Made by a program: the position numbers and the translations under genes. A model generated the notes under the pieces. It was given only the letters and a program-made list of their open reading frames with translations. It did not search any database and was not told the DNA's origin. DNA of 64,000 nt from Styela clava (Eukaryota): positions 2,356,001 to 2,420,000 of the forward strand of contig NC_135250.1 of the NCBI RefSeq assembly GCF_964204865.1, written 5' to 3'. Shown in pieces: positions 13,230 through 24,867 of the stretch (position 1 is the stretch's first letter; each line of letters starts with the position of its first letter).

Positions 13230-13646
13230 TAGGGTTGCCAACCGTCCTTTATTTCAAAGGACAATCTTTCAATTAAGCTTTTCGGTCCTTGTCCTTTATT
13301 CTTTCCAACGTCGTTTTGCCCGATATTTATATTACTGTGTTTGATATTGTTCCGTTCTTAAAAAATCGCATCCGTTTATGTATTTGCAAGCTTTTAATTA
13401 CTTTTTTTTAGTTTCGCTTTGGTCAGGCTGAAATAGCCAAAGAAATAACAATTTCATTAACATTGTTTGGGTCAATGTTAAATGAACATTAAATGGCAAA
13501 CACATAAAGATTGTTTTAATATATCTTTTTAGCTTGTATATAATTTTTATTTCATTGTTTTATATTGTTCTTTCCTGCAAGTTACAAAATAAATGATGAC
13601 GGTAATCCATGTCCTTTATTGAAACTTTTCATAGTTGGCAACCCTA
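13230..13646. mobile_element. hAT-type MITE (TAGGGTTGCCAAC ends)
   Basis: TIRs and perfect 8-bp TSD gccacagc. Confidence 0.85.
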
Positions 13647-13859
13647 GCCACAGCACAACTTAGCATTTTTTGTGCGAAACTTGCTTGATCTAGTTTCATT
13701 TTGCCGAACGGTGGTACCTGTTAGACTTATAAGCTTTGTCTTTAAATCCGAAGTTAAAACACGGAAAACAAGTAGTTAACACTACGACACAAGTGGTTTT
13801 ACATTATATATGAATATTATACTGTTGGGCCGCAACAGAAAATAGCATTTTTTATACTT

Positions 13860-14273
13860 ATTGGACACGAAATAGACCTGTGAGTCGTTTTGTTATTATG
13901 TTGCTATTTTTCTTCTTGATATTTTCCTTCATGTCGTTATGAAAAAATCGCTCTTCTCTTTAACTACTGGACCAATTGTTTTGAAATTTTCAGTGTTTAA
14001 AATTGTAGTTTTCGCCAGAAGGCTATTTATTAGTTTTACATGTCCATAGCATAGACCGTGTTTCCCGGAAAATAGGACAGGTCTTATTTCAATTTTTGGT
14101 TTCGAAAAATAACACAAGGGCTTATTTTGGGGAGAGGGTGTCACTTACTTTCGTCATTCAGTCGTTTATTCTCTCACACGTTTTAGATAAATTCATCATT
14201 TAAAATCATTTTCAAAATTCAAGCTGGGTCTTATTTTCGGGGATACACGGTAATTGATCATAGCTCTCTTGTT
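13860..14273 (+). mobile_element. HINE-like element (opposite orientation) with nested pogo/Tc-like MITE at 14056-14250
   Basis: ttggacacg...tagctctcttgtt ends; inner TIRs CCGTGTTTCCCGGAAAATA/TATTTTCGGGGATACACGG. Confidence 0.6.
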
Positions 14274-14490
14274 TTATATGACGCTTACTTATGTCTTTTG
14301 CATTGATCAAGGCGCTGTAGAACAGCCACTATTAGTAATATTATTATGAAATAAATTTTGGTTTCGTGCGAACCTTGCTTGATCTAGTTCGGTTTTACCA
14401 AACGGCGGCGGTAGTTGTTAGACGCCAACTAATAGTCTTAGAGCAGCACAAACCAAAGAATGACTTTCAAATCACAAAACACCACGCTAT

Positions 14491-14810
14491 TAAAGGACGA
14501 ACAGTATACGTCAGCAAGGTCAAATGGCGTGACTGTTTAATTCATTTCTAGATTTTAAGACACAAATCACCACAAGTATCTCACACGAAAAGTCTTACAA
14601 GAATTAACAACAACAAAAGCTTAGCGGTTTTAAATTATAAACATACCGATACTAAAGGACGAACAGTATACGTCAGCAGGGTCAAATGACGTGACTGTTT
14701 AATTCATTTCTAGATTTTAGAACACAAATCACCACAAGTATCTCACACGAAAAGTCTTACAAGAATTAACAACAACAAAAGAGTAGCGGTTTTAACTTAT
14801 AAACATGCCG
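14491..14810. repeat. Tandem duplication of ~163 bp
   Basis: taaaggacgaacagtatacgtcagca...agcggttttaa.ttataaacat occurs twice. Confidence 0.85.
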
Positions 14811-14876
14811 ATGGGCCACACCACAAAATACATACGAACCACGCAGAAAGCTTGACCTCCCGTGCTTACTCTAAAG

Positions 14877-15159
14877 CAGTGGTTCTCAAACTTTTTAAGC
14901 CGCGTCCCCTTTTTAGTATTTCCTAAGTCTCGCGCCCCACCTCAAAAATAACTAGCTAACAATGAGCTACAAATAACAGATAGTAAGACGAAAGTATGTC
15001 TCATTCAAAAAAAAATACGTGGATGAAACGTAAATATCCAAAATAAGGCGGGCAAGATCAAATCCAACAAATGTTTTTATGTTAAATTAGCTTACCGTCC
15101 CTCAAAAAATTAACTACACCCCCCCTTGTGGATCGCGCCCCGCCGTTTGAGAACCACTG
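14877..15159. mobile_element. hAT (Charlie-type) MITE
   Basis: TIR CAGTGGTTCTCAAAC and TSD ctctaaag/ctctaaac. Partial inverted copy at ~5105-5338. Confidence 0.82.
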
Positions 15160-16679
15160 CTCTAAACTTCCCAGAAGTTTCACGTTATTTCAACCCAGAA
15201 CATACGAAAAATCTCATTCCTGGACATCTGTGTCTGTAATCAGCTATTGATATAATATGTATTTACTGCGACGCTTATTCACGTCGTTCGCTCTGAACTA
15301 AGCTCTATACAACCAGCCACAAGCATCTCAGCCGATGTAAATATGAAAGACATTGTCCTCATGACTATTATAACTTTATGCCTGAATAACGCGACCAACA
15401 AGCTGAAAATTGCAGTACAAAAAGCCATACTGGCGAGAAAGTAATACAAATAACTTTAACAATGGTCGACACATGAGCTTCACTAACACACAGGGGGGCT
15501 AGCTTATTGTTAGCTAATTATTTATGAAATGGAGCGCGAGACTTGGGCCCGGTTTGAAAAGTTTGAGAACCACTGTTTCAAGCAAGAGTACCTTACATCC
15601 CATAATGCGAACTTCTAAATTTACTGAAAATTAATATATCTCCTCTCAAATTTTCACTCATTTCTGATTAGCTATGCAATCTACATGTACAGTAACTTGC
15701 TTTGAGCAAAACTGACGCATAAAGAAAAACAACATGGTTGCTTGCTGTACATTTGTACCTAAAAACCAGCAGTTTCATATAAAATCTTTGTTTGAATTTA
15801 TAACAATAGTACGGACGCCTGGGGGCATCGTCACGAATATACCAAATAAGCTATTGTCAGAATTTCTAAAAATATTCCGATACGCAGAAAATCTTAAAAT
15901 ACAAGGGGGAAATATTTTGTCTGTCAAATCTTGTCATGTGTGATAAATCAACCTAGCTTCTATATGTTTGATTCTAATCGCTCAATTCTTGAACGCGATG
16001 GTTAAGTGGTTAAACATGAATTCCGGCAACTGTCAAATCTATGTGATAAATCAACATGCGCGCCAATATGCTCAATTCGTGGGATTAGTGGTTACACCGT
16101 TAGTCCTGACTAACATTAACCTACCCCCCCCCCCCACCCCTCTCCCCTAATCAAGCAATCAAGCCCACACCTAACACATGGTGTATTAAATTAGGAGCAC
16201 ATATCGCGTACACATATATGATTTAACCCCCTCCTGCCCAGACCCCACCCCCCTAACTATGCCCCCACCTAACCCAGGTTGTATTAAATTGGGTAGCACA
16301 TATCGGGTACTCATATTGGGTTCAAATCCCCTCTAATTAAGCCCCCACCTTATCAAGGGTGTTATAAATTGGATAGTACATATCGGGTTTAAATAACTTC
16401 ATGGACATCCTGTATTCACTCTTTTATTTATTCAATTGCCGTCTAACCATATGCGTGACATCAAATGATTGACGTACACTTGGTAAAAAACTGTAAATTT
16501 GATACAGATTGGATGATAATAAACCTTATCATACCAGCTCGTCCAAAAATATATCGCACAACCGACCAATTGACCAGATACTTTTTCGATGCAAAGGTGA
16601 AGGAAAAACGAACGAAAAGCACTGTTTTCATAGCTTGTACTTTCAACTTATACTCGCAATCTATCTAGTCTGTGAAATG

Positions 16680-16789
16680 GGACCTCCTGAAGTATGCGCA
16701 TCATGATGGCGCACAACCTGAACTCAGGTTATGTACCGTGTTAGGGTTCAGGTTATGCGACATCTTGGTGCGCATACTTCAGGAGCTTT
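16680..16789. mobile_element. Merlin-type MITE, 110-bp family
   Basis: Same sequence as the 7087 and 55268 copies; right end decayed. Confidence 0.7.
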
Positions 16790-16992
16790 AATCCGTCTAT
16801 TTGGCTTCGTTTCGCGTACGATAAACACAGTGTTTTTAAATACAACCTTTTTTGTTTATTACGACTTTTACAAAGTATGAACTTACAGCCTTCGTTACAC
16901 AAAGGCACGCCTAAAGCAATTACCAACATTTTACGATTATTGTTCCGATTTATACTCGGTACTACAATTCTGGAAGAAATTGTATGAATATA

Positions 16993-17219
16993 CAGGGTGT
17001 CCATAAAGTCCCTTTACAATTTCAATTTTGTTATAAAGTCAGTACTCAATATATCTTAACTAGATTTGTTGTTTTCCAATCAGTAATTGTCTAAGTGTTT
17101 TTACTTCATTTCATCCATGTGTGAGGGCACAGGAGTGATGTAGGAGCTAACAAACAATATATGTATCAATAAATTACCTATGCAATTTTAAATTTTTCCG
17201 GGACTTTGTGGACACCCTT
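16993..17219. mobile_element. Tc1/mariner-like MITE (ta|CAGGGTGTC)
   Basis: TIRs with TA flank; homologous to 28122-28576 and 60354-60559. Confidence 0.7.
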
Positions 17220-18280
17220 TATTATTATATATCTTCGATAAATAACGGGTAAACATAATATTTCGAAACTTAAAATAAAATGAAAAACACTCTGAATTTC
17301 GCACCACCAGCAAATCTCGCCTCTCAGTAACCATTTCTGTTTCTATTCTCAGAAAACGCGAAATAGCTAGCAAGCTCATATACAAATAGCAGTCTAACCA
17401 TAAATTGTCAAAAATTTCAATTGAACAACCATTATAGCGGAAACGATGTGGCTTTACAACGCTATGTCTGTTGTCAACGTAATTGATCATCGAGTGAGAC
17501 AGAGCACGTTGCTAAGCGTTAATGCTCTACTATTCTGATAAATTTAACGAAGGCTATTAGTGCTAACACGAAATCTGTTTGTCTGTGGGATTGCTGATGT
17601 CATAACACGCACTCTTATATTGGCGGTGGGAATTTACCATGAGTTTGTGTCAGTATGTTCCCCAGCATTTTATTTTAGGTGGGGGAATTTCCAAATTTAG
17701 AGGGAGGCAGATATTTTGATATTAGTGATAAAACTATTTGCACTTTGAAAAAATGTCTTATGTATTTGACTTGATCATCTTCACTGACATATGAGCCACT
17801 TTCTGAATATTCAAACACATTAAAGCCATGGTGTCACACCTGCAAAATAGGGGACATTTTTTAGGGGTGTAGGGAATCACTGGTTTGTGTGTTGCAACTA
17901 AAGCGATTTTACGTGGATCTTAAACAAATAAGCGCAATAAATTAATAATATAAAGGAAATAACAAATAAATGAATGAAATAATAAATAAATAAAAATAAC
18001 GAATAAATATCTAACGCAACACCATAAATCTATATAGTTTTAGTATCTCTCCAGTAGTCACTCGTATCTTTGCTCGGGAATGAGTTTACTTCTGAGCTCT
18101 CAGTACTTTTGAAAGAGGAGGATATTTAATATTTTGGATCGAGACGGTGTTCATAATACATGTAATCTAATTTGTAAGCGCCAAATAAAAAAAAAACATA
18201 CTCAAAATATGCACGAAAAAGGTTGCAATGGTATAGTAAGGGGGAATTTTTTTTGGTTCCAAGGGTCGGGAAAAAAAAAC

Positions 18281-18713
18281 TTATCTGCACAAATATGACT
18301 GAAACAACCCTATCTGCTGAAATAGTACGTCGTCGTGCGGATGAATATTTGTATTGTTCATTAAAACAGACAGTTCCCACACGTCTAAAATCGTAACGTC
18401 TTTTTCATTCAGAAATTCATGTTTTAAAATTTGTTCCATGCGGTAAAATAGCCATCGGGCCGAAACACCTCCAATTGTGTGAATACCTTTCATAAAAACT
18501 CTAGATTTCGGGGATCTAGCAAGCAATCGCCGTATTGCTTTTTTAATAACAAGTATTCGTTCTAAAAATATGTCGGCACTTGTGGAAAAAAAATGTGCTC
18601 CGAGAGAAATAATGACCACAGATTTCTCTTTTTCCGATATCGCATCTAAAGAGTCAGAAATGTAAGGTCTTGCAGTTGGCGGTCCATCGCTGTGAAGTGG
18701 AGGTCCATGGCTC
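18281..18713 (-). CDS. NXPE: NXPE family protein, final coding exon
   Basis: Acceptor attacag|. Motifs SHGPP, LGAHF, LLARSPKSRVFMKG, DVW, IHP, terminal SYLCR*. The three exons total 740+564+433=1737 nt, i.e. 578 aa plus stop. Confidence 0.92.
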
Positions 18714-18846
18714 CTGTAATAAGAGATGTGATTCGGCGTTAGATTAATAACTTGCGTAACGATAAAATAAATCACAAATATATTAACGCCGCCAGTATTG
18801 GCCCCTGGTTCAAAAGCCTTGCCCACCCCTGCTCTACACTACTTAC

Positions 18847-19410
18847 CTATAATGCAGTGAAACGTTGTAATGCTCTGATATCGCATCTCTTGATATAGAC
18901 CAACTATTCTTAATTCCAAGATACTCTTTAAAATGGTGTTTTTTGAAGCATATATACCATTTACGTATGACTGAATCTCCAAAGAAATAAACATCGCATC
19001 CTTCCAGACATTTGAACAAGGCCTCTAGTTCAATGGGCATGTTTTCACAACGCATTGAATGCCAGTTTTTATTTTGTAACCATCCAGAAATAAGTGGATC
19101 GACTTGTTTCATAGTGTTCTTGAATGTATCGTAACAATTTTCTTTTGATAAAAAATTAATTTTCTTTTTCTTAATTTTTTTCAAAACTTTGAATTTTATT
19201 CCTGATAGAGATATTTCAGCTCCATATTGATTGGTTTCTTTATAATATTTTTTCATAAAATTCAATGGAATTTCTCCTTTTTTCATGTCTGTTCCCTTCA
19301 AATGAATCTTTTGCTGAGATATTATAGGATTGCATTCTCTTGATGGTGGCTTGATACAAAACCATGGCTCTCCGTTGGTAGGGTTTGTGTAATTGCATAG
19401 TTCGTTATCC
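18847..19410 (-). CDS. NXPE: NXPE family protein, coding exon 2
   Basis: Acceptor attacag| and donor AG|gtaagt. Contains LCNYTNPTNGEPWFCIKPP and the catalytic GDS motif (YFFGDSVIRKWY). Confidence 0.92.
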
Positions 19411-21114
19411 CTGTAATATGAAATAAGTTTTAATATTTTAGTTTTGCGTCATTTGTGGCAAAATGGAGAGAGGGAGAGAGATTTATTTCCACAAAACAAT
19501 GTTAAAAAAGAACAATAGTTCAGATTTTTATAGAAATACAGTGCAGTAAATATTTAAACATTGAATCGTGTTGGTCAGTATGCAAGACGTTTGCAGGTCA
19601 CCGAGGACAATAAATATATTTCTTTCGTCAACCAATCATTGGGATGAATATATGGCAACAGTCATTCTTTGAATAGCCTTGTCGATAGAGAGCTCATTGG
19701 GCTGCCAGTTGGTAAGGATCGTCGCAATCGCTCAAGTTCTTCGATTTAGAATAGTAAGGATTAAGGAAGCCTCTTGTCGTAGTCGAATGCAGTGTTTTTC
19801 AACCTTTTTCGAGCCAAGGCACACTTTTTTCACTGAGAAAATCCCGCGGCACACCCCCAGCTCAAAATGTGGGGAAAAGACCTAATATTCACAATTTATT
19901 TTAGTGTTATATTGTTAATATAAGCTTTTTTAACTTTGAAGAAAGATGTTGGATTGGACATCTTGAATAGTAATCAAATAAAACAAGGAAAAAAAGGCAA
20001 ATCGCCACCTACTGCTGCCACATTCTGCGCTACACCGCATAGACACACAACTTGGAGAATTTCCCACGGCACCCCTGACATTATTTTACGGCACACCGGT
20101 GTGCCGCGGCAACCCGGTTGAAAAACACGAGTCTAATGGTACCGAAATAGGATTTAGCTAATTTTGATAAAAAACCTATCTTGATAAAAAAAAACACTAA
20201 TTTTGCTGTTTTATCAAAAAATATCGCATGAAATTTGTTGGGATTGCGATCAAGTTGAGTTTTACATCTACATTCTACATGGATGGCCCGCCAGTCTAGA
20301 TGGGCAAAATTTTTGGCCCCCAGTCCAAAAACCTTGGCCACCTCTGGTTTAAAATTTAGACCCATTGATTGATATTGGTGGGGAAGTCGGTACAGTACCG
20401 GTACGGACAATTATATCACAAAAAGGCGGAATTTGATAATAATTTTGTTTACGAAAAAAGAGAAATCATATATTTTCAACTTTTTATCTCCATTAATCTC
20501 ATTATATCTCGAGCGAGCTGAAAGTGATTCGCGGGAAGTCGGTACCGGCACAAAAGTAGGCTATTGCTGACTTCAGTAAGCCAACGGTGCGAATCGTTAA
20601 TAAATGACAGGTCATAACAATCTCATTTCAAATACCGATGCTATTATTCCTTGTTTCTTTAGTTGTGGACTCATTGCTGATAACAGCATGGAGTAACTTT
20701 AGTACGCCGTTGATGCGAAGCATTGAGATATGATTGGGCCGCATATTTCTAATGACATGTGCCGCTTTTGGCATTTCTCTATTTTCGAGTTAAGCCGAGG
20801 GCTGATGCTGAACAGTTATTAGAAAGCTGATTACCGTTTGGCCTATATGTGGTCTGTGATTGACATCGTTCCGAGCACTTGTAGTAATAAGCTTGTCGTC
20901 GTACGTCGATAATTATGTGCGAGCGGATTCTGGGCTCCTCCACCATCAAGTCCATGCATATGAAACTTTTATAAACTCTTATTCATATGCCTGACATGAA
21001 CTTACAATGGACGAGAGGCCGTAGTTCACCATCTGATTGAATTGTTTTCTTCGCCCGAGAAAAATTCTCATCCTATCCTGTAGTCCAGATTTAAATATAA
21101 TAAAGAGTACTCAC

Positions 21115-21854
21115 ACAGGCTCATCAAATCCTACCGCGCATCTTGAATGCTCGGCTGGGGAGCTTGAATTCATATATTCGCTGGTCACGTATATATTAAC
21201 TCCCATTTTAGTTTGATGATTTAACATAAATAAATATAAAAGTTCGCTAGAAAACCTCAGTTTTGCTTTCAGTTCGAAGTCACCTTCACTGACAAGTGGG
21301 CATGTTACGTCATAAAGTCCATTGTGATTGTCTGTTATTTTGCAGGGAATTAGGATATCATCAGCTGGCTTGCGATAAAGAATAACTTGAAAGAGGTCAC
21401 CTCCGTACTGTTTTGTTTGATTCCAATAATTCTTTGACGTAATTACGGCTTCTAAGAGGTCACCGACGAAGTACGGCATCTTTTGTATCGTAATAAAAGA
21501 ATTATTGGGTGATGTTGTCTCGTTCACGGCAGGGAAATATGGAATCTTGTCAATGGCTATCACGGCGGTTTGAAAATCTGGTAAGTAATTTAACCATTTT
21601 CCATAAGTATGATTCCATTTCTTTCTTGATTTTTCAATGCTATTTAAAGTTATTTTCCTGCTGCTAAAGTGTTGTATTTTCGGTACCGCGGCGGTGAAAT
21701 TTGTCGTGTAAATATACAAAAAATATCCAAGTATCCCAACATTTAAAACCGAGACAACGACAAACTTTGAAGGATTCTGTTGTATCGTATCTTTCGCTAA
21801 TCGCATCGTTTGTTTCACTGATTGTTCCATGCTGACCAGACTAGAATAATCCAT
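21115..21854 (-). CDS. NXPE: NXPE family (neurexophilin/PC-esterase domain) protein, coding exon 1 (type II TM anchor, Ig-like domain)
   Basis: Hydrophobic anchor FVVVSVLNVGILGYFLYIY and motifs VGDLL, KQYGGDLF, ITDNHNGLY. Phase-2 donor GT|gtgagt at 21114. Confidence 0.92.
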
Positions 21855-22029
21855 AACTATTGAATTGATCTATATACTGGATGGTTATGTGAAGTTTAAT
21901 TCGTAGCGGACACACACTCGAATTTTCAAGGTTATTGCCTGCTACACATGCCATTACCTCGTTCATTCACCACACCACTGAAGTTATAGATGAGCGTATC
22001 CTATTACTGTATTTTAACTGTAATAGCAT

Positions 22030-22720
22030 TTATAAAACTTTAGATGAGAGTAAGCGTATAAACTAGGATTTATAGTATGTTCTTGGTTAGAATATACATA
22101 AAACTTTAGGAAAGAAGGTTAAAGTAAGCACATGAAATAGGATTCATAGTAGCCTATGTTCTGGGTATAAAACGTTAGACTAGTGGTTAGAGTAAGAAAG
22201 GACAAATGGGTAGAGTAAGCATATGAAATGGAATTCATGGTATGTTCTGGGTTATATAAAACTGAGTAAGCATATGAAGTGATTGGTATTCGTAGTATAT
22301 TTCAGGTTAGGATATATTCAATACTTGAGGCAGATGGTTAGCGAAAACTTATGAAATAGTAGTCGTAGCATGTTCTTGGTTATAATATATATAAAATTTT
22401 AGCAAATGGTTAAACTAATCATATGAACTATGTTCAGGATATATAAAAGGAAAATATAAAGTGGTATTCATGGTATGTTCTGAGTTAGGATAGATATAAA
22501 ACTTTGGGCAAATGGTTCGAGTGAGCATATGAAGTGGGATTCATGGTATGTTCTGGGTTAGGATAGATACAAAAACTTGGGGCAATTAGTGAGAGTAAGC
22601 ATAGGAAGTAGGATTCATAGTATGTCATGTGTGAGGATAGTTATAAATCTTCAGGCAAATGGTTAGAGTAAGCATATGAAGTGGGATTCATGGTATGTTC
22701 TAGGTTAGGATAGATATGAG
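22030..22720. repeat. ~71-bp minisatellite directly upstream of the NXPE start codon
   Basis: Unit ggcaaatggttagagtaagcatatgaagtgggattcatggtatgttctgggttaggatagatataaaact. Reverse-complement arrays at ~9990-10320 and ~11200-11660. Confidence 0.85.
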
Positions 22721-23111
22721 TGTTGAGTCGAATGTTTAGACCAAGTTAGAAGTTTTCAACCTTCTTGTTGATGCAGAAGCCCAATGAGACATTTTGTAGG
22801 CTCAAGGAAACCCGTGCAATATTTTAATCGCCATTAACTTGTCTGAATTGTATTAACTATAAATATATATTAAAGCAAACGCAATACTGGTGAAACAAAA
22901 TTTACTTTAAAGTGTAGCAAGTTTAATAATACTGGCAAACCTAATAAGTATTTGGGTATATCAAAACACTATATACATATCGATATAAACTCTTATATTA
23001 TTTGAATGGAACTCCACATAGCACCGGAGTGTACTGCCAAAACCTTACGGTGCTGCGGAATCCCGGTTGCAAAGAACGGGACTAGGCATATGGGCAAGGT
23101 CGTTCTTAGAC

Positions 23112-23428
23112 CAGGGCTACTCAACTGGCGGACCGCGGTCCGAATCCGGACATTTCGGGTATTCGACTCGGACCGCGCATAATTCTTTATTTTGGATCAT
23201 TAGCCCAACTTTTGGAGTTTCCTTTTATCATATCACTTTTATAGATTTAAAATATATATGAAAAGAACTATAACGCCATAACAAACAATCTTGATTAGCT
23301 AATAATCCTTAGTCGGCCAAGGAATTGCGTGTTTGAGGATGCCAAAATGTAATGTCTGGAGAGTCCGGACCCAAATATTTTTGAAGTTTTGTATGCGGAC
23401 CTTCGGTAAAAATAGTTAAGTAGCCCTG
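23112..23428. mobile_element. hAT MITE (CAGGGCTACT ends)
   Basis: TIRs; TSD tcttagac/ccttagat. Confidence 0.8.
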
Positions 23429-24110
23429 CCTTAGATCACTGCAACATATGCGACAGCAGCTGGACCAGACTTCGATAGGCCGGGCACTGATTGTAGTTAT
23501 ATGAATGGCTTGAGTAAGCAATTCAGATAAAACTGACAGATCGTGCAAATAAATTTCTTAAAGCTCACATCAATCTGGAAGCTATGACTTGTCACAAATA
23601 CACTTCCTTCTGTCTTAGAAACAATATTAATCTTGCTGAAATTGTTCTCAAAACTCGACACGTTTAGCTTCTATGGTTTCTAACCGATCACGTACTAAGC
23701 ATTGAAGTATGAATTGCCTTGGGTGTATTACTATGTCCTGGGGCATTTAGTCGTTCATCTTCGACATATAGTTGATCGCAGATAAAAAATTATCATTGCT
23801 ATATTTGTTAGACTTAGTATTTGGTTGAATTTCGGTTAGTATTTCTACCGAGACTGGGCGTCGAGCAATCTGCCACACATATCGCTGTGCTATAGTCAAG
23901 GCCGGTCATTTCATTATTGGGTCATATTACGTATTGCCTGGAGAAGAGTGGATGCTTTCATGGGCGTCTGTAAATCGGCTACTTGCAGGTCGGTTGGCAA
24001 ACGGCTTGATGATTGGAGCCTTGTGGCATCTTGTACTACGGTGATCATCCTTTCAGTAAGTGACTAAACAAGGTGTTCGAGCGTTGTATGTTGTGTTGCG
24101 TACTTTATAC

Positions 24111-24428
24111 CAGGGCTACTCAATTATTTTTACCGAAGATCCGCATTCAAAACTTCACAATTATTTGGGTCCGGTGTTTCCAGAAATTATATTTCGGCAT
24201 CCTTAAACACGCACTTCCCCGACCGGCTAATGATTATATCAGCTAATCGAAATTGTATATTATGGTGTTATAGTTCTTTTGATATATATTCAAAACAATT
24301 AAAGTTATTTTATAAAATGAAACTTTAACTGTGAGGCTAATGATCCAAAATAAAGAATTAGGTGCGATCCGAATCTAATACTCGAAAGATCCGGATTCGG
24401 ACCGCGGTCCGCCAGTTTAGTAGCCCTG
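24111..24428. mobile_element. hAT MITE (CAGGGCTACT ends), inverted relative to the 23112 copy
   Basis: TIRs and perfect TSD ctttatac. Confidence 0.85.
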
Positions 24429-24570
24429 CTTTATACTATCTATTGAGTCGTAAGACATTCCACACTTGCCACACGATTTATTCGCCATTTTATGCTCCGG
24501 TACATAATTATCTTCCCTACGGGATCCGAACCAGCTTACTAATTCTGTAGATCAGCAAAATATGTTGCTG

Positions 24571-24867
24571 CGCTCGCCACCGCATCTCTGATTACCCTTC
24601 GTGGAATCGCAGGTTCGAATCCCATGCGGGGATGATCATGTGCGAGAGGATTGCTGGACTCGTCGCTGCCGTAGGTTGGTTCACGTAACCGCTGGTCGGT
24701 TACGGCTTCCTCCACCACCATGCTTCTGAAAACAAATACCTGGCTAACTAATCCCATACCCGACCTGGACTGGTAACCGGACGAGAGGCCGTGGTTCGCC
24801 ATATGATTAAGCCGTCTCATCGGCTTTCTTCTCCCCTGGGGTAAATATGTAAATCGTATCCTATCCT
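24571..24867 (+). mobile_element. tRNA-derived SINE, 5'-truncated
   Basis: B-box GGTTCGAATCC at 24612-24622 and a 3' (TATCC)n tail. Decayed copies at ~20920-21080, ~47737-47830 and ~48935-48985. Confidence 0.75.
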
